From Blasia pusilla (Eukaryota): a stretch of 64,000 nucleotides of DNA. The stretch lies in contig CM114271.1 in assembly GCA_050084515.1 (NCBI GenBank), positions 2,418,001 to 2,482,000 of the forward strand, written 5' to 3'. Every line of letters begins with the position of its first letter. Position 1 is the first letter of the stretch. Below, in pieces: positions 1-14,137 of the stretch. Position numbers and translations under genes: made by a program. The notes below the pieces were generated by a model that worked only from the letters and a program-made list of their open reading frames with translations, had not been told where the DNA came from and did no database searches.

Positions 1-106
1 GGCAACATGAATTAGTTGGTGATCACGGTCAGCAATGTGGCGGTTGATCTGCGTAGTAGTATGCTTATGACAGATTTTGACTCGGTTCATGTACATGCTT
101 TTACAG

Positions 107-2096
107 CGCTTGCACTTCAGCTACCATTACTGCGTCCAGTTCTTGGTAGCTTCCACTTCCAATATGCCAATGGAGCAAATTTTGCCGCATCGGGGTCAAC
201 TGCTACGGTTGCTACTGTCGTATCTCCAATGTATCTTGCCGTCCAGATCGACCAATTCAAAGTATTCAAGCGTCAGAAAATGGCACTTTTTAGCCCAGAC
301 AGACGAGAAGATGAGGGTAAGGCATTTGCAGCAGGGTGTCTTTCGAATCCAGTCGCTCCTAACCATTTGAGTTTCAACTTGCATAAATCTACATATATTT
401 TTGGGCAAACCGAGTCCGTGGTTACCGTTTGTTGTACATCCGTCATACATCTCAATACCGAAATGCAGTAGAATTGTTACGTTGGCACCTGGATGACCCT
501 CACACTCTCCGACCAAATAGTCGGAGGAGTGTGAGTTCTCTTCTTGAGTTGCTCTCAGAGATAATGTTGGTCAGGGGCACCTTGATCTACACTAGAAGAA
601 TCTCTTTTTTAGTGTAGAAAAAGTAGTTTGTGTAATCTCAGCCATTCACGTGTGCAGGTTCTCCTAGTTCGATACCGGATCTAGACGCGTACTTCACAGA
701 CAGTCTATATATCATAGCAATCGGTGGCAATGACTTCAACCGGTTTGCAAGCATGAACTTGACGGTTGAAGAGTTTGCGGGACGTGTACCGGAGATAAGC
801 GACGCGATCGTACGAGGCGTAGAGGTGCGCATCTGCCCAGACTTACGATAGCAGGAGTTCTCGGATTTGTGCAGTCAAGCACGATGAGGATTTTGCCTCT
901 CGATGGCACTCACGTGTCCAGTTGTATCGTAGCAATAATGCAGAACTTTGTTTTACTTGGTTTGTTCATGAGCAGAGCAACGTAATATCATCTGCACGTT
1001 TGTTCTTTCTTTTACTTTACCAGTGCTGAATCGTGAACCGCTGGGATTCGCAGGAACTCTACGCAGAAGGAGCAAGAAGAATTCTGGTTGAAGACGTGTA
1101 CCCGGCAGGTTGCCTCGGAAGCGTTGTGTTTTCCCCGGGAACCTTCAAAGATTCTATAGACTCTACAGGTTGTCTGACAACCATGAATGCTATGGTGCAA
1201 TTGCACAACGTTATTTTGAAAAAGAAGATCGCGGATCTGGCACAACGCCTCCCGGACGCCTCCATTTCAGTTGTCGAAACTTATAGCATACGATATGACA
1301 TGATGATGAACCCTCGGAAATATGGTACGTCTGGCTTTCTCAAAAACCTCTTACTTCGGAATCATCGTCACCGCATTCACTACTTTTGACAGAAGTCTCG
1401 TATTCTCGTTGATTCACGTTTCTCAGACAAGAGTACAACTCTGTGTTGTCTACTTTCAACTTTCAATTCTCGACATAACTTCTACGTAGCCGATTGAAGC
1501 TCCCCAAACTTTTCGTGAAATGAAACTCTCTTAGCCGGTTCACATGGAACCTCCCCACTTTCATAAAAAAGTTTTGGGAGACGGAGCAATCCGTTTGAGG
1601 GCGACATTGAGGCACTGCAGCACGGCAGCCCTCCGTAGCATCCGTTTGGACCGAGCCCGAACGGAAATAGCATATCCCGTCCGACATGCCTCCAAACGGA
1701 AGCGTATCGGCCTCTTGAAATTTTGTTGGTCCTAGAAATTCGTGACACGAATGACGTGATTCAGTCCACGACTCAGTCGTTTCCAGTCTAGAACTCCGTG
1801 TCAGTCTGGATGTGGCCCCTGTTGCAGGTTTCAAGGAAGGGATCCGGGTGTGCTGCGGATTCGGAGGAGGTCAATACAACTTTCAAAAGAACGTTATGTG
1901 CTCCCACAGCATCACCGTCGACGGTCAAGTGTTAACAGCCAAAGCCTGCGACAATGTTTCGGAGCACGTCGTTTGGGATGGCATTCACTACACAGATGCA
2001 GCCAATCGTGTCGTCATGAAAGCTATCCTTTCAGGACAACACTTTTCGCCCCCCTTTCAACTCGTTCGCGGATCCTGCAGCCTCTCCCCCATCTGA
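107..2096 (+). CDS. GDSL/SGNH esterase-lipase, 3' exons 107-316, 658-824, 1054-1324, 1828-2096; the first exon with the GDSL motif lies upstream of the window
   Basis: GT-AG introns with compatible phases. Translation gives GANFAASGS (block II), LYIIAIGGNDF (block III), ELYAEGARR, CCGFGGGQYNF and WDGIHYT (block V DxxH). Stop TGA ends at 2096. Confidence 0.93.
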
Positions 2097-3066
2097 TAGC
2101 CTAGACCTGTCATATGCACAGACAGGTCCTAGTCCGTACAAGTTCTCGCTGTTTTTTCCTTGCCATCTAGAGTGTCCTCTACACGTATTACTTTCTTCTC
2201 CGCCCTTACATGTCTCAAAGGAGAAGGTCTGCTTTTAACATCATGGCGAGCTAGCACAAGTGCCTTCTTCGAGTTCCATTGCAACCTTATGGCTTCAACT
2301 TCAAGCCCCAGCATGGCAGTGCGCAAAGTCATTAAATCTGCGAATCCAAGGTGATAAGGTGCGTCGCATTTGGAAATCTGAATTGTTGGAAGGCGCCATG
2401 GCAACTTTTGCTACCTAGCTCCCCGAGCTCCATGCGTAAGGGCATGTCATAACATCATGCTTCGCCGCTAGGGGGGAACGAGATCCGGCAGGGACGGGCG
2501 CATGCGATGGCATCATTGGGCCGTTTGGAAGAAGGGTAGAGGGTGCCCCTTTTCTTTTTCCGGGCTGGTTGTGACCTTCACGTCCTTGACTCTTAAAGTC
2601 CCTTCTTTTTCCGTATTTCCTATGGTTTATCTATCACCCATTTTTATTTTTTTGAGGTTTTCTTCATTTTAACATCATGTGTGCCAGGAGGAGATGATTC
2701 TGCAATGGTTGAAGTGGTTCTAGAACCGTGACATAGTGCAAGTGCAACACTTTTTTTTGTTGTGCACCCCATAATGCAGATATGCCATTCAACCGGGAAT
2801 AAAAGTTTATTGTCTTCTTTCATGCATTGTTTCTTAGGGACATTAGACCGAATAATTAGCATGCTCAGGGAAGCACACGAAAATTATTTTTTAATAATGT
2901 AGAATTATTTTTCATTTCAAAATTTAAGTGTAAGTTCCACTTTTTAAATCTTAAAAGATTGATAACATTTCATTTTAAAATATTGCCCAACTTCCCAAAA
3001 TGATTTCATTCTTCCTTAAAAGTTTGAATAATATTTATTCGAATTTCTTTTCTATTTTTCCCTAAG

Positions 3067-4373
3067 TGTAAACCTGCAATCACAAAGCAACACCACAAGC
3101 ACAACTACAAGCTGCAACAATTCACCACTCAAAATCCCGGCGCACCACCAAACCTCTCAGAGTTTGGCTCCGGTTCTAACCACTCACACTCTCTGATTTC
3201 TGATCACAAGGGCAGTTACACTGAACTCCTGCCAGGTTTTGAGGCTGCGCGGCGTTTCGGCTCCTTCACGCCCCGCAACGAAGACGTACTCCCATACCTC
3301 ATCTCATGTCCGGATCTGAGTACCCCTCGTACTCACATCGGTCCACCTGCTCTTGGCTCCCCTCACTCAGCCTACACGATTTCGGCTACCACGATGCGGT
3401 TTGGGGCGTCGACGCCCCGTGCGGCGGTTTTGCCGGCCGCCCTAGTTAGCGCTGCGCCAACTCTATTTGGAACACCGCTGACTCTCAACTAGTACGGTTG
3501 CAGCCTACACCTTGTACAACTGCAACCTAGACCTTTCCGCATGGCTGACTCAAGGTGGCGTTTCTCCTGGTGATCTCGTCATAGCCCGGTTCAAGGAAGC
3601 AATGATGATCAGAGATACCTGTTGGCGGCGTATTTGGGTTCGCAGGTTCGGAACATACTTCGCGACACTCTCCCCAATAAGAAAAAGATCTCGACCTCGA
3701 GATGGGAAGATCCTCCATTCCACCACCTGCAATCACCACGTTGTTTAGGAGCAAGTGTCCATGATGGGGGGCATTCCATAACCTGCCCGCCATTGGAGCA
3801 CTCCATCCTCCTTGCAACGCTCACAAGCACAGGTTAGTAAGGCCCTGACCTTCACCACCAAGCTCTGGCTTTAGGTGGGAATCAGGTCATCGGGACTGGT
3901 TACCTTCTTGACCTTGGGGATCATCGGCACTGGTTACCTTCCTGATCACAGGATCATCCAGACTGGCTACCTTCGTGATCCGTGGTACTCCTTTGATCGG
4001 GAGTCTTGGTCATCCGAGGCTGGTTACTCACAAAAACGGCGCTTTTCTCCTTCTAGCGTCAGGGTCAAATCGTCATTCGAACCAGCCAACCTTCACACAT
4101 CTAGGACATGGTTGCCCAGGAAATTCTTCCGGGTCCCTAAGTTCCGAGACGTAGGCACGTGATCAGTGGGTGATAGGATGGGCCGTATACAGGCGAGTCT
4201 ACAGCTATGTGAGGTCAAGCTGATCAGGCTGCCCCATTGCACTGGTCATCAACACCAAGATTTCCTGCACCACAGGCCTCCACCGACCACCGTCCGAAAT
4301 TCGTTAGCGTTCAACATTGGTCTGCCGCGCTCTTGGACTCAATCTCTTCTGGTCCACTTACGCTTGGTTTACA
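3067..4373 (-). repeat. Putative 3' LTR of the 3067-7250 Gypsy element
   Basis: Bounded by the 8-bp inverted termini TGTAAACC (3067) and GGTTTACA (4366-4373), directly after the chromodomain region. There is no second copy to confirm it. Confidence 0.5.
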
Positions 4374-7250
4374 ACCAGCGGTTGAGTGGAATACTCATTT
4401 GATTCCAAGGGAGCGCCTTCATCAGTTGCCAAGGAGCCTCCGCCCCACCGGAGCGGCCCATCGGCATAAAAACTCTCGCTGAAACCGACCTTCACGATCC
4501 GCGACCACGCGCTCCTTGAGTATCTCCTCCACTCGAATGCCTTGCAATTCTGGTAATGCCTCCAAAATAGGGTGCCACTTTTGTTCTCGAGCCGAGAATC
4601 GGTCAAAATCATCCACAAACTCTTTTAACAATGAAACATGGAAGACTGGATGATAATTTTTCATAGTGGCAGGAAATTGCAACTCATACGCCACTTTGGG
4701 ACTCGCCTCAAAATAGTGTAAGGTCCTGCCGAGCGGGGTACTAACTTCCGCACATGGCCCGCGGGGAAATGAAAATTCTTTGTTTTCAGCCAAACCTTGT
4801 TGCTACTCTTATACTCAACATCTCTTCTATGCTGGTTGGCTTGTTTGGCATACCGTTTCTGTGCAAGCGCCATGTTAGCTTTGGCAAGATCCAACACAAA
4901 TCCATTCACATTCAAAAACTCATCAACTTTGGGCATGGCTTGCGCCTTGGGTCGCTCTTCCTCATTCCACATGGACAAGGCTAAGGGTGTTAGCAGCAGT
5001 TGGCCGCCTCAATAAACCACCTCAAATGGAGCTAACCCCGTGGCAAAATGGCGGCTGGAGTTATAGGCAAACTCCTGCAAAGTCAGATGGTTCACCCAAT
5101 CTGTTTGATCACCAACAACATAGTTGTGCAAGCCTTGTTCGAGGACCTGGTTCACGCGTTCGGTTTGGCCGTCCGTTTGCGGGTGATAGGCGGTGCTAAA
5201 CTTAAGATTAGTTCCTAGGCGCATGAACAGTTGCGTTCAGAATTCAGAGGTGAACCTCGCATCTTGGTCACTCACAATGTCTCTTGGGAGTCCATGCAAT
5301 CGAAACATTTGCGTTAGGAACAATTCAGCGGTACCCGCGGCGGTTATGGTTTCCTTGCAAGGTACGAAGTGAGCTTGCTTACTGAATCGATCGCACACTA
5401 CCCAAATGGTGTCACATCCATCAATCATGGGGAGTCCAGCCACCAAATCCATGCTCAATGACTCCCAAATGCCTTCAGGAATAGGAAGTGGGTGAAGTAA
5501 TCCCGCTGGTTTTCTATAATCTGCTCTATGTTGTTGACATGCAACACATGAAGATGCAAAATTGCTCATGTCTGAACTCAGAGTGGGCCACCAGAATTTT
5601 CTTTCAACGTGCTCTAGCGTCCACTCTCTACCTCCATGGGCAGCAAGCCCACAATCATGACATTCTACCAAAATCTGCATTTTAAGCTCATCGGCCAGCA
5701 GATATACCCGGTCTTGTTTAAACAACCAAAGCCTGTCGCTACACTCTAACTTTTTGGCCTTCATATCCCCAGGCGCCAGTAGCCGCCACTCAATGGCTTG
5801 ATGATCTCCCTCGGTGGCCCTGCGAATTTGATTGAGTAGATCTTGTTCCACAGGCCGAGACACCACCAAGTTAACCTTGCGGCTCAAGGCGTCAGCGGGA
5901 ACATGTTCCTTGCCTTTCTTGTAGTGACATATGATATGAAATCGAGAGAGTTATAGCTGCCAACAAACCTATTTTGGAGAGACGTGGTTGGGTTTGGAAG
6001 TAGGTGTTGGCAATGTTATCAGTAACAATAGTGACTTGGCTCGGCAATAAGTAATGTTGCCATCGCCTCAAGCAATAGATAACCGCATACATCTCCTTCT
6101 CATGGGCAGCCCGGCGAGCCTCTACTTTGCTGAGTTTGTGTGATTCATAGGCAACGGGACGGCTATTTTGCATCAATACTCCACCAATCGCCAAGTTTGG
6201 CGCGGCTGTGTGAATCTTGAAGGGTTCACCTAACTCGGGTGGCGCCAACTTAGGTTTGCTGCTAAGGACCTATTTCAATCGGAGAAACATCTGGTCTTGT
6301 TTAGGCGTCCAGAAAAAATGCCACATTCTTCTTGGTGAGTTCATGGAGTGGGCCAACTATTCCAAAAAAACATACTAACATGTTTATGGAATTAGTCGCT
6401 AAATCTAGAAACGACCGCAACTCAGGCACGTTTCAGGGTCCGGGCCACTCAATGAGCGTTTGAATCTTGGCATGATTCGGGTGAACGCCATCTTGATCTA
6501 TGAGACACTCTAGAAACAAGACATTCTGTTGTCCAAAAGAACACTCGCTCTTCTTGACATAAAGTCTCTCCTTTTGAAGTCTTCTCATAACCTCTTCGAC
6601 ATCCAGGAGGTGTTGCGCCCATGTTGGTGAGAACACTATGATATCATCCAAATAGACAATCACGCATACATCCAAAAAACCCTAAACACGTCATTCATGA
6701 GCGTGAAAAATGTGGTGGGGCCGTTAGTCAAGCCGAAAGGTAACACCACGTACTCATAAAGACCATAACGATTTCTCATCGCCGTCTTGAACTCGTCTCC
6801 TTCAACAATACGAATCTGATGGTAGCCCGATCTGAGATCGAGTTTTGTGAAGCACCTCCCTATGGCGAGCCTATCCATAGTCTCATCCATCAGCGGGAGT
6901 GGATAGTGGTTCTTGATAGTCATCTTGTTAAGAGCGCGATAGTCGCCGCACATTCAAAGCGTCCCATCCTTCTTCGCCGCAAATAGAATTGGGATGGCAT
7001 ATGGAGACACACTTGGTCGAATGTGATTCTTGTTCAATAGATCATTCAGCTGGGCTTTGAGTTCTTCCATCTCGGTGCACATCATGCGCCGACCTTGCCC
7101 CATGCTAGAGATATCAGCGCCCGGCTGAATCTTGATCTTGTGATCAAGGGCGCGCCTAGGCGGCAGTTCAGGAGGGAGCTATTTGGGCATTATATCAGCG
7201 TTTTGCTCAAGAAAGGCTTGCATATCATGTTGAGTCAGGGCGTCCTACGG
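3067..7250 (-). mobile_element. 5'-truncated, degenerate Ty3/Gypsy chromovirus-type LTR retrotransposon (RT-RNaseH-INT-chromodomain plus putative 3' LTR)
   Basis: [26 protein letters not shown] (6953-6433). RNase H: VAYESHKL, HEKEMYAV (6248-5892). Integrase: HDCGLAAHGG...[23 protein letters not shown] (5887-5009). Chromodomain-like VEEILKER...EFLCRW (~4530-4440). Multiple frameshifts; no gag or protease seen. Confidence 0.9.
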
Positions 7251-7733
7251 TTTTGAGTGAGGGCGTTTAGGTTTCGTAGGGGCTTGTCACAGCAGAACCG
7301 TCCAAGCCTCCTCGGCAATTTTTATCAATTTGTCAAACTGACCCGCGGAGCAAACCTGGTGGGTTACTCGCACTTCACTGAATGGATTCGCGAAGGGAGG
7401 TTGAGGGTTCGGGTTGAAGAATTTGGCAAGGGTGTTCCAGTTTTCAGAGCTCCATCTCTAATTCTGGATCCTCCGAGATCCTCCGAAGCTACTCGAGAAC
7501 GATCATCGGCGAAGCTCTTGAAAATTGTGAGTATCTCGATATGTGCACCTTGCTCCTTATCTTCGATAGGTAGAAATTTCTCAGGTCCCATTCTTGCATT
7601 TTGTTCGTTGAAACGCTCTTTTTTTTTATGGCCTTCCTTTTTTCCATCCTGGATGCAGCAGATCGAAAGTCGACAACGACGGGCTATTATATTCGAGAAG
7701 TACACTCGACTGTTTGAAGCTTGTAGACATCAA

Positions 7734-7947
<214 letters not shown>

Positions 7948-10299
7948 AAGTCTTATCACGATACAATTGATACCGCTGATAAGACTTCTGGCGCAGAGAT
8001 TGCTGGTGAGCAATAGACACTCCGGGAACTTTCTCATGGGATGATTCGTGAACATGAGCAATTGTCAGCATCATGCTTTTGCGATGCGGGGATGCCCATG
8101 CCATGGATTTCTTGAGACAATGATGAACTCACCGGCCAAATGCCGCCAGTGTGTTCTAAACAGTTGAAAGAACTACGGCCCCTCCTGAAAAATTGAGAGG
8201 CATGTATGATGGCTAGCTGGCTAGCGAAAATCAAACTCATTGCAAGTGTTGAAAGGTTGCAACGATCTCGAGATGGATTCCTTGAGCAGACTGAGTGGTC
8301 AAACAAGCCGAGCGAGCATTCTTTGTTTAAAGCCCGGCAACCTTGAGGTGATCATGAGTTGACCAAATAGTTCCCATTACAACTGTATTCCGGAGACTGC
8401 ATCGGGCTCAGAAATCTGGAGGCCTGCAAACACATGTACATCTTGAAGGGTGAGATTGCTCAAGTTTGGGTTGTTGTATTGATTCATAATTTCAGCAGAT
8501 TTTGGTGCAGATTGGATCGCGGGAGGGGTGAGTTTTGGAGTTTAGGGATTTTTGGATCTAAGGAACATTTATTTGTGTGGATTGCAGGTTCTAAGATTCA
8601 TAGTTTCACCTGCCAATCCTAAGTCGTGAGGGTTATCTTCTTATGTGGAGTTAGACATTTTGTTACAAGGTGAGTATATTTCTCTTAGGCCATCAAATAT
8701 GGTAGTGGATCCTTGGGATCGGTTCATACCACAAGTCATTCCGCGTTGAGAGTTTCAGAATTTTACCCTCTCTTACTTGGAAATCCTTACCTCTAGACGT
8801 ATCCTCTTTGTTTTGTTATGAAGACTCCATTTTCAAAGGTGCTCCATGGCCATGGGTGAACCCAAAGTGGTGCTACAACTACAAAGGCACATTTACTTTA
8901 CTCGGAAGGATTAGACACCAAAGAGACAGTGTTGATGTGGCTTAGTGTAGAAGGATTAGTGTTGAAGTGTACGATGCATATATGCCATGACGGAGAGGGC
9001 AAACAAAGAGGCCGGTATACACAGTCGAGAAATGCATCATTGTATTGGTCAGATTTTAGAGGTCATTGTTGCTTCTGATGGTAGGACTAAACTCTCCATT
9101 AAGTTTTGTCATGTTGGACTTCCTAAGGATTTAGGAAAATTTATGTGCCCAAGACAGAGGAGAGGACACTTTTTCAATGAATTGAGATGTCCTTCCTGCT
9201 GGAGCGAGTGCGAAGATAAGGGAGTGTGGACAAGACAACATACCTAGGTTGAGGTTACATGTTAGACCATTGTATAAAGAAGAAGATAAGGAATAGGCCA
9301 AACTTGTTATATAGTTCATCTAAATTGCCAAGAGAAAATATCACGGTTTTGAAGTTTGAGGAGTTTCGTAGGCTATTAGGCCAGAAACATAACAAAAACT
9401 CATTAATGGACATAAGTCCTTGTAGTAGGCTTATTTAGGTAGCATATGCCATATTGTTTGTATTTTCAATTTGGGCCATGTGGATGGGTGTGATTGTAAT
9501 GACTGCATATGTATGAATTGACTTGTAGGACAACAATTGTTGAGATATTATGGGACATCACGATAGTCAGCAAGAATCTTTGTCCATTGTTACAAACAAA
9601 ATCAAACATATGTCAAACCCGGTTGACAATAGCGCTAGTGTTGAAGGCACCCATTAAGTTTCTCCTTGATGCCACCCTCACCTAGTTCAAACAATTGATA
9701 GATAAGAAAATCTTTTGAGGGTAGAGGATGGGGGTTTTGGGATTCTGAGTTTGATATTCTTGTGGATGAAAGTATGGAATCCATCATGCAAGTGAGTGAT
9801 TTTCTTAGTAGTGGAATAATCATGATTGAGAAACGCCATGTAGAAGGATTTGTGGAGGGTCATGTTGAGAGTCAAGGTAGCAAAGCAAAGTCCACTCTTG
9901 AGAGTGATCTCAATATCTTAGTAGAGGTTGATGATTTAGGATCAATTCAACCAGCACAATCAGAACCCAATACCCCCATATCTTCACTTCACGTGATATC
10001 AAAGTGTATATCCATACCTCTTGGTATCCCCACTATTCCTAAAGAGAGAACACTTTTGAAGTCTTCTCTCTTGTCCCGTGAAATATTGGAGGTCTGGAAA
10101 TGAGTAATTGTGAAGCTTGAGACTTGGGCTACAAAATTTGGTTGGGAAGATCATCGATGGAGAGTGTTGACATGGGATGAGGGGGATCTTCCTCAAGGTG
10201 GCCTTGAGTGTATAGATTGGTAATGGAAGGCAGGGACTGTAGAGGGAACATTGTCAAAGAGTTGTATTATCAACCTCTTCTTGAATCATAGTTGTGGTG

Positions 10300-13200
10300 G
10301 ATATGAAGCAAATGGAGGAAGAGACACTCGATATAACATTACACAATCAACTACGAACCAGTACCACACACAATCACAAGGTGGTGATGATGGAAACCGT
10401 TGGGATCGAGGTCAGCAGGAGAGGGTGCTTGGATCTTGCAATTATTGTGGGATAAAGGGTCACTATGCAATCTTTTGCTTCAAGAAGAAGGTAGATATAA
10501 GAATAGGAGCCTTACAACAACAAAACTATGTGGAGCAACAACACCAAGAGCAGTACCAAGAACAAGAGCATTCATAAACGGAGCATCTCTTGGTCATGAC
10601 TCATCATATGGGAGCAATGGTCAAGAAAGACTCGATAGCAGATTGGTACATTGACTCTGGTGCATCAAATCACATAACCTCACAAGCTAAATGGTTCAGT
10701 AGTTTGGAGCCGGTGAAAGATCTTGCAATTATGCTCACAGGAGATGACACTCAACATTATAGCACGCATACCTGTAAAGTTCCAATAGCATCAGATGGCC
10801 TTTGTGCTCTAGGAAATGTTCTCTATGTTCCTACCATTGCAAGAAACCTAATCTCTATATGAAAGATAGTAGAACAGGATTATCAAGTGAAGTTTAACGC
10901 ATATGGTTGTTTCATTGAAAAAATGGATGACCAGACTACGACAGACAAAGGAACTAGATCTAGCAGAATGTTCAAATTAGATGTTTCTATACCAAAGATT
11001 CAAACAGCAATATATGGTCAAACATGCCAACAAGTCACAGATCTAAATGTGTGGCATAAAAGAATTGGACATATAAATCTTCAAAGAATATAGAGTCTTT
11101 CATCATCTAATATAGTAATAGGATTCCCTAAATTAGCGAGTCGTACTACGTTAGAGCTATGTCATGTCTGCCAATTTGGAAAACAAACTAGATTTCCTTT
11201 TCCAAAGCAAGGTAGAAGAGCATCTAGGATATTAGAGTTGATCCACATTGATGTGTGGACATCATCACAACATAGTCTTAGTGGTTGCCAGTACTTTGTT
11301 TCATTTATTGATGACTTCTCTAGATATATATGGGTATACTTTTTGAAAGCTAAGTTAGAGGTATTCTCAGTGTTCCAAACATTCAGAATTCTAGTAGAGA
11401 AACAGACTAGAGAACACATTATGAAATTACGTCGTGATGGAGGAGGAGAGTATCTTTCAATAGAGTTTGATGACTATTTACGTCAGAATGGCATCCAACG
11501 TCAAATGACTTGCTGTTACATTCCACAATAAAATGGAGTGACTGAGAGGAAGAATCGACATATTGTTGAAGCGGCACGAGCTATCCTGAATGAGAAGAAC
11601 ATGCCTAAGATCTATAAAGCAGAGGCTATAGCATGTAGAGTCTTCTTAATCAACCAAACTCCAATAGCATGAGTTCATGATAAAACTCCATTCGAGGTCT
11701 TCATAGGAGGTAAACTTGATTTTTCCTTCTTGAAAGTATTTGGCAATATTTGTTATGCTCATGTTCCTTCTGAGAGACGTCAGAAATTAGACCCCAAGTC
11801 TGAAAGATGTATCTTCATTGGCTATGTTGATGGAACTGAGGGGTATAAGTGCTACATTCCATCCTCTAGGCAGCTTATTATTAGCCGGGATGTTATCTTT
11901 GATGAGCTAAAGTCATGGTATGCTCCATCTGAGCCTATTCCACCTCTAAACTTGTTTGTTGAGGGGGAGAATATGACTGTAAAGCAATAGACATTGTCTT
12001 CAACTTCACCAAGTACTAGTGCAGGATTAGGAGAGATCCTAGATTCATCAGTAAAATTTTTGAGTCCATGGACGGTAAGAGTACGTATTCAGTCTGTTGA
12101 CACTAGTCAGAGCTCGAGTTAGGTGTCAGAAGCATCTACGACTGAACAACAACTTCATAGATCAAGTAGAGTTACACATCTAGTTCATAGATTCATAAAT
12201 GAAGGTTTCCTTGCGGCATATCATGCATATATGATGACTATCCTTCAAGAACAGGAGCCCAATTGTTTTAAAGAAGCTACAAGTAAAGTCGAATGGATTG
12301 AAGCTATGGAGGTATCGCTTGCTGCATTGAGACATCAACAAACATGGGAGCTGGTTGATATACCTTCCGGTAAGGAAGCTATTGGTTGCAAATGGATTTT
12401 CAAAATCAAACGCAATCAAGATGGTATAATTAACAGATACAAAGCGAGATTGGTGGCTAAGGGCTATGCACAATAATGTGCTATCAATTATGAGGAAACA
12501 TTTAGCCATGTTGCAAAGATGCCCACTACGAGAATAGTGGTTGCAATTGTAGTAAGTAAGAAGTGGAGATTACATCACATGGATGTCAAGAATGCCTTAT
12601 TGAATGGAGATCTATACGAGGAGGTATATATGACTCAACCACTTGGATACGAGCATCCCAAGTTTCTATTTTGGTATGCAGGTTGAAGAAAGCTTTATAC
12701 GGGCTCAAACAAGTTCCAAGAGCTTGGTATGGCAAGGTTACATACGTCCTACAAGAGTTGGGTTTTAGGATATATGATTCTGACTCTTCATTATATGTCT
12801 TGAGAGGACAAGATCATATGGTTCTTATTGTGTTGTATATTGACGATCTCATGATTGCTGGGAGTACTGAAGAAATGGTACAACAAGTCAAGCTTAAGTT
12901 ACAAGCAGAATTTGATATGAAGGACTTGGGAGAACTCAAGTACTTCCTTGAGTTTATCAAGGTTGGAGAGAGCATGTGATTATTACAATGATAATATGCT
13001 CTTCATATACTTTCAAAATATGGTATGACGGTTTGTAAGCCAATCTCTACACCGTTGGACCAGAGTGTGAAGCTAAGAGTGGATGAAGGAGAGTTGCTTG
13101 CAGATTCTAATATGTAGAGGTGCATGGTTGGAAGTTTGATCTATCTAACTATAACCAGACTAGATTTGAGTTATGGTGTTTGCCTAATGAGTCGGTTTAT

Positions 13201-14137
13201 CCAAGCATCTCAAAACCTCACCTTGAAACTATGAGGAGGATTATGCGGTATGTGAAATTGTCTATTCAATTCGGGCTTCAATTTAAACCTTCTATGAGTT
13301 TTCAATTACAGGGATTCATTGATGCTGATTGGGCAAGAAGCGTGTTCGATCGGCACTCCACATTTGGTTATTCATTTACTTTGGGAAGCGCAACTATAAG
13401 TTGAGCTTCAAAGAAGCAACCTATAGTTGCTTTATCTTCAATAGAGGCTGAGTAGAGAGGAGCAACCAATGCAGCATATGAGGCGGTGTGGCTTCATCAA
13501 TTACTTGTTAATATTGGTATTAGTAACTTAGGACCTAGTGTAATATATACAGACAATATTAGTAGCATCAAGCTTGCTAATAATCCTTTGTTTCATGCTT
13601 GTACAAAGCATGTTGAGGTGCACTATCATTTTATCAGAGAGAAAGTACTTGCAGGAGAAATAGATCTTGTGTATATAGGTATAGATCAGCAAATTGTTGA
13701 CATCTTTACAAAGGCATTGTCGAGAGATAAGTTTGAGATGTTTAGAAATGATTTAGACGTTAGAGATATCGATATGAGCTTGAGGGGGAGTATTGAAGAT
13801 TGAGTTACAATCAAACTCATGAGACACCTGAATTGCTACATTTGGTACTCACACAAAGTAGGGAAGCTTAAGCTTGGTTAGTCAGTTAAGCACGATTATC
13901 TTAACTAAGGTTAGTTAATCACAATTAGTCTAACTTGAGACTAAGGTTACGGTTAGGGTTACTTGTACATACCCTATATAATTGAGAAGGGGACGAGCCT
14001 CCACTCATTCTCTCATTGCAAATTTTGTTCTCCATGGTAGTGTGTGTGTGTATGAGAGTCGTTTTCCACCAATTATGCTTGTTTAGTAGTTTTCCACACC
14101 TCCATGTGTATTAGGGTTATGATAATCATCTACAATA
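10300..14137 (+). mobile_element. Degenerate Ty1/Copia LTR retrotransposon, 5' part missing
   Basis: Zn knuckle CNYCGIKGHYAIFC, protease WYIDSGASNH, WHKRIGH, integrase IHIDVW/FIDDFSR/DGGGEY, RT YKARLVAKG/LYIDDL, RNase H DADWA and IVDIFTKAL ending at 13803. PPT GAGGGGGAG at 13782-13790. Many stops and frameshifts. The left boundary is approximate. Confidence 0.92.
13791..14137 (+). repeat. 3' LTR of the 10300-14137 Copia element
   Basis: Starts right after the PPT with TATTG and has the complementary CAATA at 14133-14137. Contains a TATA-like CTATATAA. Confidence 0.55.

Noticed and set aside
8030-10250. Possible gene or LINE fragment between the microsatellite and the Copia element
   Set aside because: I could find no diagnostic motif or consistent exon chain; left unassigned.
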